Shown here: positions 27,721 to 39,264 of the stretch, in pieces
How the letters are laid out: each line of letters opens with the position of its first letter
Position numbering within the stretch: the first letter of the stretch is position 1
Source of the DNA: Octopus sinensis
Taxonomy: Eukaryota
Reading direction: 5' to 3'
Assembly: GCF_006345805.1 (NCBI RefSeq)
Contig: NC_042997.1
Span: 69,130,001-69,194,000 of the forward strand
Length of the DNA stretch: 64,000 bases
Notes under the pieces: generated by a model
Database searches by the model: none
Seen by the model: only the letters and a program-made list of their open reading frames with translations
Told to the model about the DNA's origin: nothing
Position numbers and translations under genes: made by a program

Positions 27721-27784
<64 letters not shown>

Positions 27785-27799
27785 TATTATTATTATTAT

Positions 27800-28198
27800 A
27801 TGTTTGACTTTTGCTTTATATTTGTACAAGTTGGCTCCAAGTCTCACCCAGAGACTTGGAGCCAAGAGATAACAGGTTGGAAGTTCATGTTGTTGTTATG
27901 CCTAGTGTGCCATATATTTGGTTTTGTTTTTAGTGTTGTACAAGTGAATGTCTAAAACAAACAAAAAACATACGAAAATACTTTGTTTTAAAACTTGAGA
28001 TTACATAGAAAGTATTTTGTGTAGGATATGAGCAGTTCCCATGAGCACTATCTTTTGAATTTCTGCCATTTTGGGGTTTCCTGGTATCTGAGTTAGGTAG
28101 CAATCAGCCTCTTTTGCTATCATTCCCAGGGCACCTATGACAACAGGTATTGTTTTAGTCCTCAGGTTCCACATTTTGCTGATTTCTATTTCAAGATC

Positions 28199-28200
<2 letters not shown>
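27800..28200 (-). mobile_element. Second R4/Dong subfamily 3' fragment
   Basis: KDLEIEISKMWNLRTKTIPVVIGALGMI..IPGNPKMAEIQKIVLMGTAHILHKILSM*; distinct 3' UTR ending in (TAA)n. Confidence 0.92.
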
Positions 28201-28245
<45 letters not shown>

Positions 28246-28307
28246 CATCATCATCATCATCATCATTATTATTATTATTATCATCATCATCATCATCATT
28301 ATTATTA

Positions 28308-28365
<58 letters not shown>

Positions 28366-28412
28366 CATCATCATCATCATCATTATTATTTTTATTATAA
28401 TAATTATTATTA

Positions 28413-28797
28413 TTGAGTGAGAGAGCAATGCATGCCATCAAAGTGACACTGGGTTAAGATATACAAAGCCCAATATGCCCATCATGACTACCCGTTTGAT
28501 AAGGCTACACTAGGCACATGCATCACAACCATATGTGCGTGATATGTTTCCAGAGGTGAATCATCTAAACCCAAAAGAATTCCTCTCAACACACGGTTAT
28601 GATGCTCTCCCAATACTTCTGCTTGTGATCACAGATGCACATATCGTCAGTCACTAACTAGCAAATCTGTGGTATTGAGTAGAATATTTGCTGTAGCTCA
28701 TCTTTTATACCAAGACAAAACAACGTACATGATAACACTTCCAATCAGTTAAGATCAGAAGCCATGAGAGCCACTGCCAGGTACTGAATCAGAGCGT
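28413..28797 (-). mobile_element. TAA-associated non-coding element, both ends present, internal deletion
   Basis: 5' end ATAAACGCTCTGATTCAGTACCTGGCAG; 3' end GCTCTCTCACTC(AAT)n; lacks about 150 nt present in the 29.2-kb copy. Confidence 0.8.
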
Positions 28798-28799
28798 TT

Positions 28800-28877
28800 A
28801 TCATCATCATCATCATCATCATCACCACCACCACCAACAACAACATCCACCACCACCACTACCACCATTACCATCAC

Positions 28878-28909
<32 letters not shown>

Positions 28910-28956
28910 CCATCACCATCACCATCACCACCATCATCACCATCACCACCACCACC

Positions 28957-29001
<45 letters not shown>

Positions 29002-29103
29002 GTCATCGTCATCATCATCATCGTCGTCATCGTCATCATCGTCGTCATCGTCATCATCGTCGTCATCATCATCATCGTCATCATCGTCATCATCGTCATC
29101 ATT

Positions 29104-29151
<48 letters not shown>

Positions 29152-29189
29152 AGCATCATTATTATTATTATTATCATTATTATTATTAT
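28800..29189. repeat. Mosaic trinucleotide array (CAT/CAC/CGT/CAG/TAT)n
   Basis: Directly visible; the poly-D/G/M ORFs are artefacts of this array. Confidence 0.97.
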
Positions 29190-29552
29190 TGAGTGAGAGA
29201 GAAATGAATGGCAACAAAGTGACACTGGGGTAAGATATACGAAGCCCAATATACCCATCGTGACTACCCGTCTGATAAGGGTACATCAGGTACATGCCTC
29301 ATGACCATATGTGCGCGACATGGTGATTTCATATGAAGATAAACAGCGCATGACAATGCAGGTGGGAGCTCATTTAGAATTTTCTTCAGGTCGGGGAGCC
29401 CATCCTGCTCAAAAGGTCCCTGAATAAGTGTTGTTTGAGGATATTGAACGAAACAACCATGTTTCCAGAAGCGAAACATCTAATCCTCCAAGAAACTTTC
29501 TCAACGCATGGCTACGATGCTCCCCCACTACTTCTGCTCATGATCAGAGATG
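29190..29552 (-). mobile_element. TAA-associated non-coding element, 3' about 360 nt
   Basis: Homologous to 28413-28630; ends CTCTCTCACTC(AAT)n. Confidence 0.8.
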
Positions 29553-30115
29553 CATCATCATCATCATCATTATCATCTCCATGTTGTTTTCTATCATTCT
29601 TCGTCTTCTCTTTCTCTTTGTTTTCCTCATCCTACTTGTTCGATTTCTTCTTTGTCGTCGTCTTTGGTTGTTATAAGGCTTGTACATAGCTGCTCAAAGA
29701 ACAATTAAAGAAAAAAACGATAGGGTTCAAAGGAATTTGAACATGGAAGATTGAGCTATAGATGTAACTACCATAATTGGCCTTAGTTCACTAAATATTA
29801 GCGGCAGATTCCTTTATGAAGTGCCTCAAATTCATAGATTTATAAACGCATTTGTCTGCATTTTTAATATGCTCTCAATTAATTCCTCGTTATATTTAAC
29901 GCTTGGGCACTTCTGCATTGCTTACCAACCATAGCAGTATCTTTTTATTACTTCAAAGTCTATTAGTAACTAAAGACGTTGCAGACACAATACTGCATTA
30001 CCATAATTTCATAATGTGTACATCGATGCACGAATATGGATACATATATATGCATGCGAATGTATCTATAGTAGATATACATACAGAGAGACGCATGTAT
30101 ACATGAGTGTGTGTG

Positions 30116-30158
<43 letters not shown>

Positions 30159-30214
30159 CTGGAGATATATGTATTATGTATGTATGTATGTATGTATGTA
30201 TGTATGTATGTATG

Positions 30215-30245
<31 letters not shown>

Positions 30246-31049
30246 CATGCCCTTATAATTATATGGTATTTTATAGATGTATCTATAAAATACGCTAGCT
30301 AAATTAACCAGATTATAGCTGCAGTCAAATTTCAATACATAAATATATCAAAGAAAGTCTGCTTGCTATTCTTATGTTAAGTTATGTATGCACACACACT
30401 TATATAAATCATCTGTTTATGTTTCTCTTTCCGTCTCTTTCTCTCTCCCTCTATGTGTGGATGTGTCTATATATATATATGCATATATATATATATATAT
30501 AGTTATATATATGCTTATAGGTATATACATATATATATAAATGTATATATATATATATATATGTATATATAAGTATATGTGTGTATAACATATTCTCTCT
30601 AAATACACGTATATATATATATATGCATATATACGTAAACATGCAGGTATAATTTTGGTTATATAATGTATATAATTATTTATCTCTATATTATAGCTGA
30701 TATAAATGTTGCTTTCTTGATTTCTCTAAACACGCTATATATCGTATAAACAGACAGATTAATTGAATGATACATATAGCGAGTTAACAAATAGAGGTGC
30801 AGGACGTGTGCACATACTAGGCTTCTTGGCAGGCAATGAGAAAACGAACACCAGGCATACAGAGGAAAGTGAGTGAGAGTATATATCTACCTAGCTAGAA
30901 TGGAATAAGCGGAGCAAAAGCATACACGAAAATGAAAGTGTCGTTGAAGAGGTCACTTATGGGTGACGAAAGATTTACAGACAATAGACAGGAGTTAGAA
31001 TAAATATAGTAATAAATGAGTGGAGTACGAATACATAGTGCGTATTTTT

Positions 31050-32297
31050 TTCACTTTTATTTTATTTAGTTTCAGCTCACAAGCTGTGGCCATGCTGGGG
31101 CACCGCCATTTGGTGTTGCTACATGATTTTACTTCACGAATGCTTTTTAGCAAATGCCATCTGGTGCATGAGAGAGTTCGATGCAGCTGCCCTCATCTGC
31201 ACCTCCTGCCGTGAAGTTGATTCATCTGGGACACCTGACAAGAAGAGATCCAGTTTCATTTTAAAGACATCTGCATCCACCCCATGCAGGTCTCTTAGGT
31301 TCTTCGGGAGGATATTGAAGAGCTGTGGGCACCAGAAGCCCAGGCTATCACAGTATCTTGTCCTTCTAGGATCTTCCAGATGTATATTATGGCATATCTT
31401 TCTCGCCTACGCTCTAAGGAATAGAGTCTTAATCTCTTGAGTCTTTCCCAATAGCTTATATGCTGCACAGAGGCTATCTTCTTCGTGTAGCTTCGCTGGA
31501 TCGCCTCAAGTTCTGTGATTAACTTGTCACTGGATGGTGACCATAGCTGAGAGCAATAGTCAAAGTGGCTTGGGACAAGTGTTCTCCAGAGGACCATTAT
31601 GGTTTCCTGGTCTCTTGTTCTAAAGGTTCTAAGAATCCATCCGGTCAGCCGCCTACATTTCATTGCTAATTTAGCAACATGCACATGAAAGGTTGCATTA
31701 TCACTCATGTAAATACCCAGGTCTCGCACTGATTGTGCCTCTGGAATTGCAATCCCTCCAGGTCCAGTGTATTTATTGGGAATTGCATTTAGTTTTGCAT
31801 GCTGATAGTATAAAGCTTGAAACTTTTCAGCATTGAAATGCATGCTATTCTTTTCAGCCCACTTGTATATTTTGTCCAGCTCACATTGCAGGTGCTTAGT
31901 GTCTTCAGGGTTCTGTATTGCCTGTGAAACTTTTGTATCATCTGCATAACTTGTGATCGTGGCTCTCTGCGTGGCTGAGGGCATGTCTGAGAGGGCCATT
32001 ATGAACAGTAGTGGTCCCAGAACAGTGCCTTGCAGAACACCGCTCACTATTTGCGTGTTAATGGAAGTTAATTGGCTACTACCACCTGACTTCTATCCTT
32101 CAGAAAGTCATGAATCTATTCTCCCAATTTTCCAACTATGCCAAGATCACGCAATTTGTGACATATCATTCCATGATCGACTTTATCAAAGGCCTTTGCA
32201 AAGTCGAGATATATGACTTCCACATTTGAGTGGTTGAGCAGTCGTTTCAGCACCCAGTCATAGTGTTGTAGGAGCTGAGTTAAGCAGCTTCGTATAT
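31050..32297 (-). mobile_element. CR1-clade LINE, 5'-truncated, RT plus 3' UTR
   Basis: YLDFAKAFDKVDH, SGVLQGTVLGPLLF, YADDTK, VRDLGI, FDYCSQLWSP, LYSLERRRERY; frameshift near 32.06 kb and a deletion near the C-terminus. Confidence 0.95.
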
Positions 32298-32389
32298 TTA
32301 TTTTGCAAACAAAAATAATTACCATCCCGAAATACAACAGTACATACATACACACATACATACAGATGCATACATGCATGCATACATAC

Positions 32390-32455
<66 letters not shown>

Positions 32456-33035
32456 AGCAAATAATTCATGAGAAAATATTTGCGAAGATAACATTGACTC
32501 TATTATTATCTAGTGTAACAATTTTAAAATGACAACAGAATCAATAATATAGGCAACTGCAGGTCCAAAAAGAAAGAAAAACGCATTAAATAGCTGAAGG
32601 ATTAAAATTAACCAAAAGACATACTAAGTATGTTTACCTGCTGGAAATAACAGTCAAAGCTCTTATTTAAATCGCCAAAATTCACTGATAATAACTACAG
32701 AAATCAACCGTCCGAAGTGAAACGTGCTAAGACAATCTGTCAGAATACATCCAAGTATTTGGACTCACGTGGATCGGTTTCTGGACTGGCGTAATAGCCT
32801 CAACGCCCTCAGCACGCGTTACCATGATGGGGAGCCCCAACCCGTCACGTTGAAGTCTGCGCCGAATTATGGCAACCATGAGAGTGAAAATAATTTCAAT
32901 AGGGAACAAAAAATTTACGAGAAAATATTAGCAAAGATATCATTGATTTTGTTATACTCAGTATGCCATTTGATTAATGATATATATAATATACACATAT
33001 ATATATATACATATATATATCAGCCGAGCGAGCGG

Positions 33036-33088
33036 TCTTTAGTGATGAGGCTACAGAAATAGCCGAAACTGACCGATCAGTATAAGGA
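33036..33088 (+). ncRNA. Type I hammerhead ribozyme motif (C3 replaced by G)
   Basis: Stem I TCTTTA/TAAGGA; core gTGATGA; stem II GGCTA/TAGCC; GAAA; stem III CTGA-ccga-TCAG closed by A-U; GUA cleavage triplet. Confidence 0.8.
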
Positions 33089-33799
33089 ATTCTCCACCGG
33101 TGTTTTCGGGCGATTACAGTACCTATCAGTATATATGTATACGGTTATGTGCTTTTACTTCAGCATTAGAGCATTTAGCAATGTAGCTGTTCCAACACCC
33201 TCAGTCATATTTAGTGAAAATTACAGATACGCTTGTATGTATATGTGTATATATGTACTGTACCAAGAAACTTTTTATTATTCTACTGTATATATAAAGA
33301 GTATGTGAGACAGTAGACGACTGAGGTGGGAGGGTGAAATTCAGTTGCAGTATAGTTCCGTTTTCAATTTCTTATATTTTTAGTATTTTGTTATATTTAA
33401 TTCCCTTTTAACTTAGTAAATATTTTTTCTTTGAATATCGTATTAATTTCATCGTTTTCTTTAAGAAATTTGATAAAACGTTGAATTGTGATAATTACAT
33501 GCACGACATAAATCTCCAATATTCACACGGTGGCAATAGTATTTCACGTCATATGACGGGTAACTCAATATAATCCATGCATACACACACACACACAAGT
33601 GCATATATATATATATATATATTATATATACACGTGTGTGTGTGTGTGTGTGCTGTGTATCTCTAAATATACATAGGAGTATGTATAATACATATACACG
33701 AATATATATCTTTGAATATAAATTTATATATTTATATGTAATATATATACACACACATATATGTGTGTATATATATATGCATACAAATATGTATATACC

Positions 33800-33843
<44 letters not shown>

Positions 33844-33882
33844 CTACATATATATCTTTCTATCTATCATCAATCAATATGA

Positions 33883-33917
<35 letters not shown>

Positions 33918-33981
33918 TATGATCGACCGCTAGCCACTAAAGCTTTTTTTAGTCTCTCTCTTTAGTTTCTTTTGTTCCTTT

Positions 33982-34009
33982 CTGATAAAGAGCGTAGGCC
34001 CGAAACGTA
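33982..34009 (+). ncRNA. Degenerate minimal hammerhead motif (pLTR-type)
   Basis: CTGATAA-A-GAGC-gtag-GCCC-GAAA-CGTA; one core and one stem mismatch. Confidence 0.45.
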
Positions 34010-34117
34010 AAAGACTTTCTCACCTTCCCGAGCATTAAACTAATACACCTGTTTGTTGTTAACTCACATGTTTTCGTCTTTTGCTTCTTTTGTACATTCC
34101 AACCATACAGATATACG

Positions 34118-34159
<42 letters not shown>

Positions 34160-34246
34160 AATGAGGATAATATCGATATTTAAATATCGATATTATCAAG
34201 TGGCCAGCATGGGAAAGAATACCGTACAAAGGTAATAATTTTTTAC

Positions 34247-34544
34247 AATTAAAAATGAGGGTGTCTGAGAGACACCACCATGCCGAAATAGCAGTCGAAA
34301 CTGGTTTTGCTTTAAATAAGCTTTACCGTCATCGGTTTGATATATTCAACCGATAACGGTAAAGCTTATTTAAAGCAAAACCAGAAATCCTGGATCTTGA
34401 ATTATTTAATAACTTTTGCTTGTCTATTTTGTCCCTCTGTCTTATCTCATGGTACGATATGAACATTTAACGTGGTTTTTATAGTCAGAGTTTCGACTGC
34501 TATTTCGGCATGGTGGTGTCTCTCAGACACCCTCATTTTTAATT
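34247..34544. repeat. Perfect 56-bp inverted repeat enclosing a 37-bp hairpin
   Basis: 34247-34302 is the exact reverse complement of 34489-34544; 34301-34337 pairs with 34348-34384 (36/37) across a 10-nt loop. Confidence 0.97.
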
Positions 34545-34572
34545 ATATATATATATATATATATACATATAT

Positions 34573-34791
34573 ACTCTTTACTCTTTTACTTGTTTCACTC
34601 ATCTGACTGCGGCCATCCTGGAGCACCGCCTTTAATCGAGCAACTCGACCCCGGGACTTATTCTTTTGTAAGCCTAGTACTTATTCTATCGGTCTCTTTT
34701 GCTGAACCGCTAAGTAACGGAGACATAAACACACCAGCATCGGTTGTCAAGAGATGTTGGGAGGACAAACACAGACACACAAACACACACA

Positions 34792-34831
<40 letters not shown>

Positions 34832-34997
34832 TACGACGGGCTTCTTTCAGTTTCCGTCTACCAAATCTACTCACAAGGCTTTGGTCGGCCCGAGGCTATA
34901 GTAGAAGACACTTGCCCAAGGTGCCACGCAGTGGGACTGAACCCGGAACCATGTGGTTGGTAAACAAGCTACTTACCACACAACCACTCCTGCGCCT
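34573..34997 (-). mobile_element. SINE family A, full length
   Basis: Complete head to tail; a short duplicate of the head follows at about 34998-35024. Confidence 0.93.
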
Positions 34998-35028
34998 GTA
35001 GCTACTTACCACACAGCCACTCCTATAC

Positions 35029-35061
<33 letters not shown>

Positions 35062-35077
35062 TGTTTGTATGTATGTA

Positions 35078-36190
35078 CTAGGTTGGCCAAAATGTCCATT
35101 TGGATTTTGTCAACTGTAAACTTCAGGCATTCTAATAAGTAGCTAACTTCTGTGTGTCCTATACATTTTCCCACTCGGTAGATACTTGACACTTTAACTT
35201 TGTTCGACACGAAATTGCGATGTGACAGGATGCATTTGTGCGGTGGGATCACACTGGAAATAGAGAACTGAATGGACCATTATCGACACTACACACCTTT
35301 TAATTTTCAAAGGGGCGAGAATGCGGTGTACACGGAGAGGATACTATTCCGAAATATGTTTGCAAGAGGTACTTGCAAAGATCTTGATCGGAAATTTTTT
35401 CAATTGATGATGCACCGGGCTCTCGCCGACGAACTTACGGTATAACAGCAACAAGCTGAAGGCGCTAATTGATACCAGCTCCGTTATTGATCAGGTTGAT
35501 CGCAAATATTTTTATATATCTAATTCCTGTATTGTAAATCATTTGCATCAAATTAGTTCCGTCAGCAACTGAATAAGGCTAATCTCACTCAATGTTTTTT
35601 TTTCCATTTACGATTCATTACAGAAATTTGAATAAAACGAAACCGTTTTTTTAAGATTGGCGACAGTGGACAAAGAAGATCGTTTATAACAATATGAAGC
35701 GCAAATGGTCATGGGGAAGCACGAAAAACCACTATAAAAACCTCCAAAGAAAGAAACTTACGCTTTTAATTTGGTGGGATTGGAAGAGTTTTTTCTTTTA
35801 CGAGCGTCTTTCAATAGACGAAATCTTCCATTTGGATATGTACAGGAACAAACTGAAAATGTTAAATGCAACGATCCACCAGAAGTCTCCAGGACGTGTT
35901 GATCTTAAGAGAATTGTCATACATTGCGACAATGCCAGATCCCAAACTTCCTTGCTAACGTGGCAGAAGTTACATGGCTTTAGTTGAAAAGTTTTGACTC
36001 ACTCTCCATAGTCGCCCAACCATTCGCCATCAGACTTCGACCTCTTTCGCTTCCTTTTTCCATTCAGTCAATAGACAGGCGCTCAGAACTAAGGAGAATG
36101 TAAAAATTTACCTGGAAGTTTTTGTATGCCAGTAAAAACAGGAAATACTTTAAGCAATGAGTAATGGATCTGCCCACAATATAACCTCTC
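35078..36190 (+). mobile_element. Mariner transposon fossil
   Basis: TA+CTAGGTTGGCCAAAA TIR-like start; peptides IVYNNMKRKWSW, LIWWDWKS, IVIHCDNARSQTS, HSP*SPNHSPSDFDLFR. Confidence 0.88.
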
Positions 36191-36509
36191 TAGTGCTGGT
36201 ACCGCTGGTAGTCAGTACACTCTCTTAAGCCGATTGGCATTGGGAACGGCATCCCACTGTAGAAACTATTCTAAAGCAGACTCTTGCTGGCATTGGTGAT
36301 TCTATCGTGACGTGGTATATACAGTAGCATATGGACACAATGTAAATGCAAGGAATTCGTTTTCTCACGACACTTGTGCAAGTGATTCATAGATAAGAAC
36401 CACACAGTGCTGGAGCAAGGATATATGTTTCATAGATTCTCAGGTTATTTTGTGTATTGTGTATTGTGTACTTCAAGTATTCACAAGACCAGTAATTTCA
36501 AGAAGGATT

Positions 36510-36665
36510 CGGTCGATTACACCGAACCCAGTGCTCAACTAGTAGTTATTCTATCGACCACGAAAGGGTGAAAGGTGAAGTCGGCCTCGGTGGAATTTGA
36601 ACACATAACGCTAAGATGGGCGAAATGTCGCTAAGCGGTTTGCCCAATGTTCTTTCATTCTGCTG
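36510..36665 (-). mobile_element. SINE family B, diverged
   Basis: AAGTCGGCCTCGGTGGAATTTGAAC..GAAATGTCGCTAAGC on the + strand. Confidence 0.75.
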
Positions 36666-36717
36666 GTTCATCGTCCCTATTTTAATATTGATTAATATTG
36701 ATATATATAAATTTATT

Positions 36718-37078
36718 TGCTCTTTTGCTCTTTTACTTGTTTCAGCAAATCGACCCCACGACTTATTCTTTGTAAACCTAGTACTTATTCTATCGGTCAC
36801 TTTTGCCGAACCGCTATGTTACGGGGATGTAAACACACCAACATCGGCTGTTAAGCGACGTTGGGTTGGGGTTAGAGACAAACACCGACAAACAAATAGA
36901 TATATACATATAGATATATATATATACGACGGGCTTCCAGTTCCCATCTAGCAAATCCACTCACAAGGCTCTTTGATCGACCCGTGGCTATAGTAGAAAC
37001 CACTTGCGCGAGGTGTCTTGCGGTGAGACTGAACCCGGAACCATGTAGTTAGTAAGCAAGCTACTTACTACACAGTCA
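36718..37078 (-). mobile_element. SINE family A, diverged
   Basis: Homologous to the other family A copies. Confidence 0.85.
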
Positions 37079-39264
37079 AATATATGTATTGATATCTATA
37101 ACAGTATATACGTGTATATATGTATGTATAGACATCTACCTACATATCTACTACCTACTTACCTATCTACCTACATGCATGCATGCATACATACATACAT
37201 ACATACATACATACATACATACATACATACACATACATACATACATACATACATACATACATAGGATTATCACGAATGAATAACTTTCAAAAGTTTGATG
37301 TCATCATTCGCTCAAATTAAGGCTATTGCTCAATAGACTGTAAAACTAGAAAAGTCAATGGCCTATGCTATCCTATCAGTGAGACTATATTTCTCCTACT
37401 GTTAGTATCTCAATTCTATGTTCTCCAGATTATACTTGATGCCCTTTCCGTCACAGCCTAAGCCTCAACTACATTTTGTATGATTATCATATAGTCAAAT
37501 TATTCATCTGATATTCATATTTTAAAAGCCAAAGTTACGTATAATTTTATGTGAGTAAAAATGTATTCCACGCTATGCATTTCAGCCAAAGATCCCAAAC
37601 AAATGATGATTTTTGCAATTTACTTGATACAATTAAATTGCAAAAGACTCTATGCTGTAAAATATATACGTTTTGAGTGAATATAATGTATACACCTTGA
37701 AAAAGAAAGCAAAATGAATAAATTTTACATTTTGCTTCATGTTTATAGTTAACAGATACCCTATTTTGTTTAGCAACAAACCATATATGTATTGTATATT
37801 ATGTTTTTCTGCTTTATCTATATAGTGAATGCCTTAAAATTTTACTTACGAGTCTTTTAAAGATAATCTTTATATATTGATTCTACAGGGAATAATTTTA
37901 ATTCTTAGCCGTCTGAAACTTAATAGCTACGGATAAAACGTTACTAAATGTTGATTAGATAGTTGGCAGAAAATTGACAGGACATTTGTGAGGATATGTT
38001 ATTGTCACCTTGTTTTATGTTCAAGAGTTTTTCATTGCTACGATATGTGATAAATATAAAGCCTGTGCTTTGCTTGTGTACGCACACGTTAATATTTCAG
38101 GTATAGTACATACGTGTAAAGGTAACACTTTAATTTCAAGTACATACCCTTGTATACTAACTTGTGCAGCAGAAAAGTTCATGCTAACCTGCAGCCCGAC
38201 GATCACATCACCGTAGAGATCTTTAAACAGCGTTATTAAAGGAACATCCGCCATTTGTAACGGTCATCAGAAGTTTACACTTTATATATTCGGTGTAATT
38301 GTTATCGAAATCCTTGTTTGATACGAGAATATACAAATACCAGGTCTATGCTTCTCATGAATAAATAATTTTGTTAAAACTTCACCTAATCACAGATTAT
38401 TTTGCAAAATATCTTTTCAGCTTTTGAGAGGAGAATTATCCAGATTAGCAGTCGGTATGTTTGTAAATAGAAATTATTTTGACATTTCTGGAGACAAATT
38501 GTATATCATACTTGGACAATGTAAAGTCTATGCATTCCAGCGGTAGATTTGAACTTCAGCATTTCTGATATGTTAATATATATTTTCCCATCTCATATAT
38601 ACTTTTATAACTAGTTTTGTTTTGTTTGAGAACAGTATCATCTACTGCCAAGCGTTGAAAAGAAAACTGAAATGAAGTGTAATACTATCAATGATTATAT
38701 CGAGATTCACAAGGAATACTCTCGCTGGTTATTAATACAAAACGGTACTGTTGTAAGGTAAAGCAAAAACGAATATATGAATGTATGTGTTTTCCATGGC
38801 TTCAACTTTTCCCAGATACTACCCTTCACCTCCTGTTTCTCCTAGCATATATACATCTCTAGTCCACTAGCCGCGTCCCCTTCTCTCCAAGTCCGTTTTA
38901 TCCATCACTTCAATCACTAATATTTGTCTATCTCACTCACATCGTAAACAACAAACACCACTACACCTATCCCTCATACCTCAGCTACCCATTAAACCAC
39001 AGTCGTTTTGGATCCACCTGTTTGCTGTTGCTGATTCGCTGTTCACATATTTCTCAAGTTTTGTCCCCTACCTGCCTTGTTGTGATGACAAGTTTATTGT
39101 CAGCTTGACAACAAACTTGTAAACACAACTACTAGATTTCGCTGAGCTTTCTCCGATATAGCAAACAGCGAATAAATCATCAACTGCTTTTGTTACCGGA
39201 GGCGACGCGTTCTTGGCTGTGGCTGGCTGCGAGTGTTCATCACCGAAACGGCCTAAAAATGCCA

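Noticed and set aside
28730-28797. HDV-like pseudoknot ordering of short complementarities at the 5' end of the TAA element
   Set aside because: L3 consensus, P1.1 G residues and J4/2 are not convincingly present by manual folding; needs covariance analysis
38238-38272. Minus-strand TGATGACCGTTACAAATGGC resembling miR-2001, and a CTGATGA hammerhead start
   Set aside because: Seed differs, no pre-miRNA hairpin, and no GAAA after the stem
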